A stretch of DNA of 64,000 bases from Dimorphilus gyrociliatus (taxonomy: Eukaryota; Animalia; Annelida): contig CAJFCJ010000013.1 of the NCBI GenBank assembly GCA_904063045.1, forward strand, positions 788,156 through 852,155, in the 5' to 3' direction. Positions within the stretch are counted from its first letter, which is position 1. Each line of letters starts with the position of its first letter. Shown piece after piece: positions 36,548 to 48,362 of this stretch. The position numbers were made by a program, and so were the translations under genes. The notes beneath the pieces are model-generated. The model made no database searches, was not told the origin of the DNA, and was given only the letters and a program-made list of their open reading frames with translations.

Positions 36548-38804
36548 ATGAGTCATAAGAGTCTTCACCGTTCGCTCAAATATCTTTTGAATTTTCAATC
36601 CTTCAACAATGGAAATTATATGCTACCTTTAAAAAATGCTCGGTAAATTCCTTTTTTTCAATATTCTCTATTATCTATATATATTAGTAGGTAAATATAT
36701 GCAAAAATATAATATAATATAAAATATATATTTTTCATTTTAAAGAAACGCTAGTACGATGCATTTTATAAAAAATGAGCTATTAAATATAACTGGAAGA
36801 AATCAGCAGAGGGATGATCTTAGAATGTTTCTTAAAGAGGTTTGTTTTATAAATTTAATATATTATGTATTGCTGAATGCAATGTTGAAATTAAAAAAAA
36901 AAGAGAGAAAATGATTTAATATCTCTGTTAAAATAGATTGGAACCGATCCAAAAGAAGCTAGGTTTTGGATGAAACAATTTACAGCCGCAGTCGACCCTT
37001 TCAAACCATTTGCTATTGTTCAAATCGACAACCATGTATTTACTAACAGAGAATCAGTAAGAAATTATCTTTTTCAGTCTCTTTTTATGGACTATTTAAC
37101 TATTCATGCAATATAGGTTAAGAAATTGGGATCATATTTATCTTTCCTGCAAAGAAATGGTATGAAAGTGATGATTGTTCACGGATCTAATGGTTTTCCT
37201 CACGCTAAACCAACAAATCTTCAGGTATAATTCTCGTTGCTATAAATTATTGAAATAGTATGAAGAATATATTTATTATCTCATATAGACTTATCGTAGA
37301 GAAATTACAAATAATACAATGCTACTCGTTAGCATTTTAGAGTCTTTTGGAGCTGAAGCTAGACCAATATTTGGTGGCCATAATGTTTTGCAAGCCGATA
37401 GAATAAATTGGTAAATATTTTATCATTTATACTATATATACTGTGTATACATAGTTTTTATCCATTTCCTTTTCTTCATTAGTAATAATTTCTACGGAAG
37501 AGTAACTGAAATTAATAGAGACGTTATAAAATGGGCTTTACAATCTGGACATATTCCAGTTATTGAGGTAAATACAATTTTTCTTGTCTTTTCCGCTTGT
37601 CCTCCTTATTGTTCTATTTACTTTTTTTTTTCCTTCGTATAACTCTTTTTCTTATGTTTTTTATTGATAATCTATTTATTCAATATCCAGGCAATTGGTG
37701 AAACAGCTGATGGCCAATTATTAAATATTGATTTATGGGAGACTGTTGTAAAACTTTCAACTATATTTGTTCCTCAAAAAGTTATTAACGTGAATAAAGT
37801 TGGAGGAATTTTTGACGAAAATGGCAGAGTAAATATTATTTTATTATTGTTAACGTTGTTAACTGTTTTTTTGTTTTTTTTTTAGATTATTCCGAATATT
37901 AATTTTCCAAATGATTTGGAAAGTTCATTTAGTAAATCATGGTGTACTCCAGAATTAAAGGATAAAATTAGTAATATATCCGAATTATTACAACTACTAC
38001 CAAATGAGTGTTCAGTTGTTATTACTTCTCCAACAAATATTTTGACTGAACTTTTTACGCATAACGGTAAATAGTTTGTTAAAATTAACTTAATTCAATA
38101 TCTATGTTAAGTATTATATTATATTTTGTTTGTTTATTTGTTTTTTTATAGGGGCTGGAACAATGCTAAGATCTTCCGATAAGGTTTTAAAACTGGATAG
38201 CTTAAAGGCCATTGATGACGGTAAATTAACGACCCTACTCAATAAATCATTTAAGAAGAATCTTAAGAAATCTTATTTAACTTCTATTGAAGAAAGACCA
38301 CATACAATTTATTTATCTACTAGGTACTATCTCTTATCAGATTTGCCGTACTGTACATCCGTTTAATGGTTTTTCACTTTTATATTTGAATAGTTATTCA
38401 GCAGCAGCAATTATAACAATTGATAAGGAAGTTCCAATTCCGTATTTATGTAAATTTGCAATTAGTGAGACGAAACAAGGTGAAGGAGTTAGTGATCTGC
38501 TTTGGAAAATGATTAAACAAGACCATTCTAAGTTATTTTGGAGATCTCGATGGGATAATAGGATAAATCCTTGGTAAATATAGTATATTTCTATTTTAAA
38601 TGGCCAATACTAAAGGTTAATCTATTTTTTTGCTTTTTTTGTACTTTAAGGTATTTTAAACGATGCGAAGGTTCGTGGAGTAATGGAAAATGGACAGTTT
38701 TTTGGTATGGTATAAATAATCATCAAGAAAGTAGTGCTCTAATTGAACACGCACTTAGCTTACCAGATTGTTTTAATGTTGAAACATTACACTCTTCGGT
38801 ATAG
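36548..38804 (+). CDS. NAGS: N-acetylglutamate synthase, mitochondrial vertebrate-like type (amino-acid-kinase-like domain plus NAT/DUF619 domain); many short exons
   Basis: DLRMFLKE|IGTDPKEARFWMKQF; GHIPVIE; KVINVNKVGG; PYLCKFAISETKQGEGVSDLLW...LFWRSRWDNRINPW|YFKRCEGSWSNGKWTVFWYG. The first exon (ATG 36548, CG|GTAAAT) joins in phase 2. Confidence 0.92.
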
Positions 38805-39956
38805 AAATTTATAAGATTTTTAACAGAAAAAGATATTGAAATTAGATAACTATTATTTTGTTATCTCGATATTACCATATTATTCGTACTCTTTAATCGT
38901 TCTTGTATTATTATCAATAATTATGTGTCTTTTTAACAAAACAAAAACCTCTTACTAACGAACAATGTCATTTCTGAAAGCATTGAATTTTATGTTAAAT
39001 ATGAAAATTTATATATATATATATATATAAATTTATATATTATACATATATATGTTGTATATTTATATATATATACTGTATCATATGTATATTATATATA
39101 CAGTATATAAATAAAGAATAAACTATAAAATGTTATAATGAATATGCTATATAAATAATTATAAAATTCCTATTTCTCTTTGACAGAGTACCTCTCCTTG
39201 ATATTGTTTTTTATTAATAATCCCACGTCGCCGTGTTGGTGGAATCTACCCCTGAGATATTACGGATAATCTTTTTTCTGTAGAAGTCTGACTGTTTTCA
39301 ATCTTTTTTAAGAAGTATTCTTAGGGTATAATCTATTGCTTTATAATCTAAGAAGATTTTAGGGGGAGGATTATAAAGGTTAATTAATAAGCTGCTCTTA
39401 CGACGTTTGCAATTAGACACCCACCGATATAATAATTAGTATATTTAGTTCGTTAAACGGTCTTGACCTTTAAGTAAGAGTTTCTTAGTAATTATAAAAA
39501 TAGAAAGAATAATAGGAAAGTGAGGTCATCTAAGACGAAAGTAAAACAATAATGTTCATTTACTTTCTTTAAGATTTAATAGCAATAGGTGCAAATTTTT
39601 TTATCAGCTGTGTGAAAAAAAACACTTTAAAAGAATAGCAAAATAATTACGGTTTTGCTTAGAACAATCGTAACTATTTGATAAGATGTAGTAAACTTTT
39701 CTCTTTTTATCGTATCTATTTTCTTCATCTCTTTTTTTTCTCCTAGAGTCAACTGTCCAGTTTGATAAAAGAGATGGGTTTTTTTTGTGATAACAAAAAT
39801 ATATCGTTTATTCAAGTTTTTTAACAAATAGTTAATATATTCAAAGAAATAGAACCAATTTCAGTGTTTATAAAAAAAATGGCTTTCAAAGAACAGAATA
39901 CAAAATAAGTGTTAAACTGTCTTTTTGCTTTGTTTTTTCATAAACGTAGATTGATA

Positions 39957-40765
39957 TTATCTTCGTTTACTATTAAATCCAATTGTATTTTTGAATACTT
40001 CGAACAGAGCGAAGAAGTTATCAACACTCTGCTCTCCCATATTTCCCGTATCTCTTATAAATTTTCCAACAGTTGAGAGATCTTTTAAACGCCTATCTAA
40101 AAATTTCCAAGTTGCGTTAAAATCTTCAGATGTATCTTGAATCATATAGAATTCACTAGATTTGTAAACTGCTGCTAAAAGACCTCGTTTGGTATACCAG
40201 TTAATATCAGTAGATTTATCGCCTGCCTCGTACCATATATCGTCACAAAGTTGGGCTAAAAGTTTTAAAGATTCTGGAGCATTTTGGGGTAGTGCCATTT
40301 TTGCCATAGCGTTAGGCCAGTTACCAATAAATGGTGAATTTAATCTTAATCTATATTCGACAGCATCACGAATGAACGATGTCATATTTTTTTGAACGAT
40401 TTCTTTTTCAGTTTTCAAATGATTTACTAAATCCTGGTTGCAATGAGCATAAAAACCATGAATAAGATCGATGCCTCCTTTCGGAAAGAGGCCATGTGCA
40501 GTCGATGGTAGGCCAACAGATTTCGCTCCTATTAGAAATAGTAATTGTTTATCTAGGCTATTGAAAGTTGAAAAGGTCAAACTATACCTTCAGCAAGAGA
40601 AGTAGTAGTCCAACCGTGCTGCGGTACGAATTTAAGTGAGGCTAGCAATACACGAGTTCTTACGTCATTGTCGTTTTCCTGATCAGGTGCCTCGGATAAA
40701 AATCTTTTTTGTGATAGAGATAAGCGTAAATGCCTTGGAATTATTTGTCTTGACAATTTATACAT
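39957..40765 (-). CDS. COQ9: Ubiquinone biosynthesis protein COQ9; exons 40765-40588 and 40528-39957
   Basis: LKFVPQHGWT...LFPKGGIDLI...AVEYRLRL...DDIWYEAGDKSTDINWYTKRGLLAAVYKSSEFYMIQDTSEDFNATWKFLDRRL. Confidence 0.96.
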
Positions 40766-41069
40766 GTTTAAATACTAAGTCTTAAGCTATCAGTTTGACC
40801 TTGACTATTACGAAAATCCAAGAGTTTTTTTCGTACAATTTTATTGTGGGTTAAAGTATATTATTAAAAGAAAGGTTTTTTATATGATATGTTAAGAATA
40901 TTTAAACTTTGTAAAAATATATTTTCATTTATCTAGAAAATCGTACATTGTCTTTTCTGATTGGTTGTTCTTAAATTGCACACAGATTGAAAATGGCGAC
41001 CATTGAGCAAAAAAACACAAGCAGTCACAATTGAGAGCACACCTAGAATGCCTACAAGTACAAAACAGA

Positions 41070-44000
41070 ATGGAGGCGGAACAATTCACATCATCGCTTG
41101 TAGGACGTGAGGAGGATGATTCCAATTGGGATCGTGATGACAATACGATTCACAGTGGTCATTTTATGGTAAGTCGTGTTCACTCGGGCGAAGAAGAAGA
41201 AGGAGAAGAAGATGCCATCAGCCCGAAGAATACTGATCAAAGAGGTTATGACTTTACAAGTGCTGAACTGGATACAAGCAAAATTTATTTGTTTGGAAAT
41301 AGAAGCACAAATACTTTGACAGTAGAAAAGGAATTAACTACACTATTCGATTGTCTAACTATAGCATACAGGTTCTTATTAATACAAGGACAATTGATTT
41401 TAATTGTAATTAACAATTTCTTCTTTCGTTTTTATTAAAGTGCAAAATTAACTTCTCCTAAATGGAAACGTTTTAAAGGTGTAAAACTGCAATTAAAGGA
41501 CAAAATCCGCCTAAATAATATTATCTGGAGAGAATGGTATATGCAATATATACAGAATCGACATCCTGTTATTTGTCGATTTTCTGCTCCAATTGCTGAT
41601 GAGACGCATGCTAAACCAGAGGTAAGAAATGCAAGCTCATATTTCGTGTTTTTTTTATAAAAAAAAATCAATACATATTTAAAATATTAAAGGCTGTAGT
41701 TTTGGAGGGTAAATATTGGAAACGAAAGCTGGAGAATGTAACGGCGGAGTATAAGAAATGGCGCTCCTATTCTATGCATCAATTAAAGTTTAAAAATAAT
41801 GACCTTCTTGATATTTTTGCGGTATGTATCTAAAAAAGAAATGGCATTTCTATATCGTTTATATATAGTGTTCATATTACTTTTTTTATACGTCATTAAT
41901 GTTTTTCACTTTAGCATACCAGAAAGGATTCGCGAGACAGCGATTCATCTCTCCCGCTGTTCAATATAAACTCTAACCTTTCAACTATTATGAATGAGAT
42001 TATGTTTGATCAGCCGGAGGATATGGATTTCTCCGCCGATACTCTTTTCTCCAGTTTTTCTGTTCTTCCTTTTCCTAATCCGAAGGAAATATGTTAGTAA
42101 AAATAATAAATATAACATGATATTCTTATTATATATATTAAACAGTAGAGATATTGTTTTTTCTATTTTTGTAATTAATCTTATCTAATAATATCAATAT
42201 GTAAACAAAATATCTTTTTTTTACGTTAAGCCAACGCTCCAGTTCCCGCTGACGCTATTCAACCTGGCTTAGTTCAACTACAGCCTAACATTGATGAGTT
42301 AATGGAAATTGACGGTAACGGTACCGAAAAAATAAATTAAAATTGCTAATGACTTAATTATTTCAATCGCTTACATATTTCTTTTGTATTCAACCAGATA
42401 TATTCATAAATGGAAACGTTTCGATGTCGCAATCTCATTCAGTGGCTGAACCTGCAGCACCATCTGTGTCCTATACACCAACGTCTTTCTCATCTAGTCC
42501 GTCACTGTTTCGAGTTGCGGCTCCTGCCCAGCAGACTGCACAGAATACATCATTAAACGCTCTCCTGAACGCTTCGTGTATGTTAGGAAATTTTCCGTTA
42601 TTTATGTGATTAATTAAATGTTTATTTTTTATAGCAGCGAATAGTCAGCAGCAGTTGATACAAACCGTCCAGCCGATAGTAGTTTCCAGCGACTTATTAA
42701 ATCTAATAGTGCAGCAGTCTTCCGCTCCGGTACAATTGGTAACAAATACGACGCAATCTCAGCCTATCAAAATTGAAGAGACGCCCGTTTCGCCTCCTAT
42801 ACAACCATTTATCAATGATCAATTACGAACATTAGCTAAGAATAATACACCTAAACCACCGCCGGCGGTATCATCAACGTTGACGAGTAAGCCAACTGTG
42901 CAGCAACTCTTAGAGATGAAATCCAATCAGACGAAAATTTCTTCGCAAATTCAGGAAACGAGTCATCAATTACCAGCTACGACACCGAATAGCGAATTTA
43001 GAATTCCAAGAAATCCTCCGACAATAAGTAATAACACACATTTTCAAAACAACTTACAAAAGAAAAGGGTAGTTATTGTAGAGCCTCAACAGTCTAAGCA
43101 AAATCAATCGAAAAATAAGATACTCGCCAATCTATTGACTGGAACTCCAACACAATATCACTTGAACCACGAGCAGGTTAAGAAAGAAAAAAGCTATATA
43201 CCAATAAAACCAGCAACTAATGCAACTGTTTCATCATCTCAGTCGATAATAAATCAGATATCACCATCTTCGTCTGTTTTAATTAATCGGATATTCACTG
43301 AAAGGCAAACAGTCAACGATTTTCAACGTCAAGTTTTGATAAACGCGGCTGGAGATGCGTGTCAACCACCGGTTTTACAACCCCAATCTCCTATTACATC
43401 GACTACTGTTCAACAACCTACAAATTATACTAAGGCGCCTATGTCCCCTCCAACAAGTCAAGTTTGCGTAACTGTAGAAAGAGATTCTAATCGCAGAAAG
43501 TTAGGTCATAAGAATGCCGAACAAAAGAGAAGAGTTAACATCAAATACGGCTTTGATATGCTGCACGAGTTGGTTCCTTCTCTGAACTCTACTGCAGGTG
43601 GTTCGGGCAAAGTCTCTAAGGCTGTAACCTTGACAAAGGGAGCTGAATATGTACGAAAACTTAAAGCAGATAGGCAAAAATGTGACACTGAAATGGAATC
43701 TTTGAGAAAGCAAATCGAAGAGTTAAACAACGAAATCAGTAATTGCCAGGCACAATTACCCGCAACTGGCGTACCAGTAACCAGACAACGAGCGGACCAT
43801 ATGAAGAATATGCTCAACGATTACGTAAAGAAGAGAACTCTATCTAATTGGAAGTTTTGGATATTCTCCATTATCATAAAGCCACTTTTTGATACTTTCA
43901 GGGATATGGTTTCAACGGCCAGTGAAGCGGAAATGTGCCGTACAGTTTTGGCCTGGCTAGAGCAGCATTGTTCTCTTGTTCAACTTCGACCTGGTGTACT

Positions 44001-44100
44001 ATCTTCCCTAACAGAATTAAGCACAAAAACAGCTATTCTAACAGATCCTTCAAAAGTTCCAGAGCAGGCAACTTTAGCCGTTCAAGCGGTTAAGCATTGA
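41070..44100 (+). CDS. MLXIP: Mondo / MLX-interacting protein (bHLH-ZIP glucose-sensing transcription factor)
   Basis: Mondo conserved regions IHSGHFMVS, LTTLFDCL, KLTSPKWKRFKG...IRLNNIIWREWYMQY, LEGKYWKRK and QPGLVQLQPN; bHLH HKNAEQKRRVNIKYGF; C-terminal NWKFWIFS...WLEQHCSL..LRP. The start codon is uncertain (see findings). Confidence 0.95.
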
Positions 44101-44246
44101 CAGTTTTTTTTTCTTTGAAAAAAATTAAGATTTTTTTCGTTTACAAAACAGGAAAGAATTTGATAAAATCTTTTCACTCTGTTTTTAAACAACGCTCAAT
44201 GATATGTTAATGATAATGACGTTAGTGACTGTTGCGGCGATGTAAC

Positions 44247-44406
44247 CTACTACTACTACTATTACTATTACTACTACTACTACTATGACAATGGTGGTGA
44301 CGACGACGACGATGAAGACAGTTTCGATAGTGATGACGACGACGACGACGATGATGATGATGATATTGTTGTTGATGACGATGATGACGACAACAACAAC
44401 AACTAA
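44247..44406. repeat. Compound trinucleotide microsatellite (TAC/TAT, GAC/GAT, AAC) downstream of the Mondo stop
   Basis: Direct inspection. Confidence 0.85.
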
Positions 44407-44658
44407 ATGTTGGTGAGAATGAGGATATTGGCGATGTTTTTTGTTTACTATTTCCTTATTGTAAGGCGTACATACTCTTCAAAATTAATGTTATAAAATA
44501 TCAATGTCAAATGTATGTTAAATTAAGATTATTATCAATTATAATTATCAATTTCTTTTTTTAAATTTCTCCCTTTTTCCGCCATAAGTGAGACAGCGAT
44601 GAGGCAGCATCAATGCAATTTTCATATATCATTTCATTTCTTGCATAATTATATATAC

Positions 44659-44693
<35 letters not shown>

Positions 44694-44752
44694 TAAATAA
44701 GATCGATTGTAGTAGTGGAAACATAAAATGACAAAAAAACTTATATATTTAC

Positions 44753-44756
<4 letters not shown>

Positions 44757-44792
<36 letters not shown>

Positions 44793-44916
44793 CTTTTTTT
44801 TTAGTAATTTTTGAATCATTCACTACTTTTTCGATTTAAATGAAAAAATAATAAAACAATTGTTTTTGTGAAATATGCTTTTCTTTTGTTTCTTTATATG
44901 TCGTTTATATGATGGA

Positions 44917-44950
<34 letters not shown>
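44757..44950. repeat. Two (TA)n microsatellites (about 44757-44790 and 44917-44950)
   Basis: Direct inspection. Confidence 0.9.
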
Positions 44951-44956
<6 letters not shown>

Positions 44957-45629
44957 TATATAATTTATCTAAGCAGTGATGACAAGTATTTGGTAATATT
45001 ATTTGCAAATATATCAAGCTTTTTTTCTCGTTCTGTTACAATACTGCTTTTCTTTTCTGACAAAAAAAAGAAGATTTTTTCATTTTTGATCATCAATAAG
45101 GACAATCTATATAAAACGAAAAACTCTGAATATTTAACAATATGATTTAAACCAAAGGTTAAATTCATGCAATACATTGTATTGATTTTTAGAAACGAAA
45201 CAACTATTATGGGCGGCTTGGAAAGGGGAGGTAGTACAAAATATGCGATTTAGAAATAACTGGCACAATTCTTAAATGAATTGTATATGAAAGAAAAAAA
45301 AAGATTACAATGGAATTTCGATAAGATAATAGTCCTTCTCTTAATCAAAATGAATATTTTAATTATTGTACTATTATTCTTTTTTTTTGTTTTTGAAGTA
45401 CAGAACAGAAACTAGAACTTAATGTTTCGTTTTGTTTTTTTCATAAACAATTTTTTGCATATGATGAAAAAAATCACATATTTTTATAGATTGTAAACGA
45501 AATTAACATAATTAAGTGTAATAAATTTTGTAGTTATAATAGTTTATGCATTTGTTTCCTTTGTTATACAGTATATATGCAGTATATATACTTGAAGATG
45601 GAAAAAAAGAGAGAGATATTCATTTATTT

Positions 45630-47920
45630 TTAGGGAGGATTGGTAAAACTGAATAAAACTTGTTTTGTAATATATTCATGATTTTTCCAATAATTATCGC
45701 AGACAGTTTCAACAACTCCTGCTCTAGTATTTTCGTGGCGTGTGAATTTCACCTTTTTCTTCTTTAGGTAAGGAGTTTCTTGATATATAACCTCTTGCTT
45801 TCGACCCAAACTCCTTACTGCCTTTTGAATATCAAGAAAGTTCTTGCTAACCTCCGTTAAAGGACCTATCAATTTCATAGCACCCTCAAAGTCTCCGTTT
45901 AACCTGCATCGGTGTAAAGTTTCTAAAATATTCTTTACATTTGTATTAATAAACGGAGCCATTTTCTTTCTATCGCATTTTATGTACAAGTCTCCACTTG
46001 TCTTATCTGTGTCAAAGTCAAAAGGGCTATTTTCCAAGGACATAGCGTAGCTCAGAAAAAGAAATCTAGCCAAACAGTGGCTATAACACCAGGCCTTAGC
46101 TTTATCAATGTATAAAGTAAGGCCTTCAACTCCGTTTAACACGGCATTCATTAGCATAACCCATTGAATATCTTCGAGTTCGTAGTCTTCTCCAATATCA
46201 AAAATATCCATAATATCGTCGGCGGTTGTTAAAAATATTGATAAACATTGTCTCCGAAAAGTCTCCACAAGGACCGCCTTATCTCCGAATTTCCTCCTGA
46301 AAGAGTTGGGTGGTTCGTACCATTCATCGACTAACTCGCTTGGTAAATGAATTCTTCTATCTCCGCTGATAAAATAGAATTTTCCTCTTCTCTAGATCAA
46401 CAAATAAAATGTTAAAATACGAGTAAGAAAAGATAAAATCAATTCTATTACAAGACCTCTATAATTTCTCCAGCGGTCCATTCGCCCACAACACTTCTCA
46501 AGACCATATCGACCTTATGACAGTACAAACTTCCTATTTCGAATAAATCGTCCTCGTCCTCATCAAAACGAAACACAGCGCGAGACAATTCAATATGTCT
46601 ATAGGTAAGATCTATCACATTCTCGAAGAAAATCTTCTTCAATCCTTCGGCTTTTGGATCTACGTTATTTATTATTCACAGGCGATAGCTTTTAAATAAA
46701 AACGATTGTAAGACAAGTACTCACAAGCATCCTCTATGGTGTAATAGGGTATTCCTGGTCCATACCTGAGCAATCTAACGAATATAATTTCGGTTCCTTT
46801 TTCATTTAGATTAAGATTATAATCAATATTACAATTTGGTATCAAATTTGATAGATACCCAACTCTTTTTGTTAGAGAATCCATTCTAGTACCCCATCTA
46901 TCGCTGCGAATGCCAATAAAAGTTCTAAAAAGTCCCCTTGATCTCGTACGATCCCAATGCCTTTCGATAAATCCGGTTGAAAAGATAATCTTAGATTCGT
47001 AGGCCAATTTCCGAGCCTTTTGATGCTCGCTTGCGCTGCCTTTCTTAAAGTATTTCAGATATGCTTTAATCATATCTTTTGGGGCACTGGACATAAGGAG
47101 AATCCCCTCCAATTGGTGAACAATCTCATTCAGTATCTGAAAATATGAATCATAAAGGGGTCTAACAATTATTCTCTTTCCGGTTCTCGTCTGATATTCT
47201 ATAGGCCTACAGGGGACATCTTCTGTCTGACCAATATGAACATCGTAACAATTATCAATAGTTAGATGTTTCTCCATTCTAGTATTTAGGCTGGTTTTTC
47301 CTTTCGCTTCCAGGAATTCATTAACATCCATAATATCCTTTAGAGTACAATCGGGCGATATAATTTTCATATCTTCAGTTGTCCAGGAGAATAGGTCAAT
47401 ATATGCTCCCGTAAGATTTTTCCAAGCTGGATCTGATGCTAAAAGATCCGAAGGTGAAATATTCATGGTCATACTGTAAATATTCTCAAAGACGCTAAAA
47501 GCCAAATCGAAAGGCAAGTAGAAATTGGCTTGTTCAAAGTAATCGTAGGTACCGTAATTGCTCATAAAGGAAGATGCAAAATCGAGAAACTCTTCATATT
47601 CTTCATTGGAGACTATACCCCGATACGCAGCCGATCGAACATCGAACATTCTATTATTTTCAAGCATATGAATTATTCTCCAAAAGAGGAGAAAGGATGC
47701 ATTCGAACTCTAAATAGATTTTCGTAAAATTAATTAAAATATATTTGATTAAGTTTTTTCGAAGAGAAGTTAAACGAACCTGATACATGCTTATTAACGA
47801 TCCCATATCACAGATTTTCATCAATTTATAAACATACAATTGTTCACTTTCCGATAACTTTTCCATATCATCTTTGACGTCTAAACGACAAACAATCTTC
47901 TCTGATCCGCCGTATGCCAT
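45630..47920 (-). CDS. Divergent dipeptidyl peptidase 3 paralogue with both zinc motifs lost (predicted pseudo-peptidase); exons 47920-47780, 47709-46725, 46659-46457, 46391-45630; about 696 aa
   Basis: Colinear similarity to the neighbouring DPP3 (e.g. GFIE, GIP, WY...KF, I.DIF, LTLY, HCLAR). Two intron positions are shared with it. The joined length of 2091 nt is an open multiple of 3. Confidence 0.85.
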
Positions 47921-48030
47921 TCTATTTTCAATGAATATTACTTCTAATAAACCACTTACTATCAATGAAATTACAATATTAAATAACAGCTATTCTCTTT
48001 TTTGAAATTTTAACATTACGCCAATTTATC

Positions 48031-48041
48031 ACGCATGCGCA
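48031..48041. promoter_or_regulatory. NRF1-like motif ACGCATGCGCA about 110 nt upstream of the DPP3-paralogue start
   Basis: Motif match in the 440-nt gap between the two DPP3 copies. Confidence 0.35.
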
Positions 48042-48362
48042 AAGCGTCTACAAAGTATTCTCTTTTTAACTAGTACATTCATTCCATTTGTTCGATTTCC
48101 AAATAAATAGTTTCGTAGCACAATATAAATATCATTTTATTCATGCTTCAATTACAAACTATGCAAAAGTCAAACAGTTATTTGTTGCTATTAGAATATA
48201 AATTGATATGACCGACTTGTAAAGATTTTTCAGACTATCAGTAGTATTATTAATATAAGATAATTATACTTAGATATTTAAAAAAGAGGACTATTTTGTT
48301 TGTAACTTTTTCCTTGTTTTCAGCTTCAAAGTAATTTAAACGCTGACAGAAATTTAAATCAC

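Noticed and set aside
39000-39115. Inverted repeat TATATACTGTAT...ATACAGTATATA
   Set aside because: Embedded in TA-dinucleotide sequence, where such palindromes arise by chance.
44823-45177. ORFs containing IYIYIY runs
   Set aside because: Translations of (TA)n microsatellites in overlapping 3' regions.
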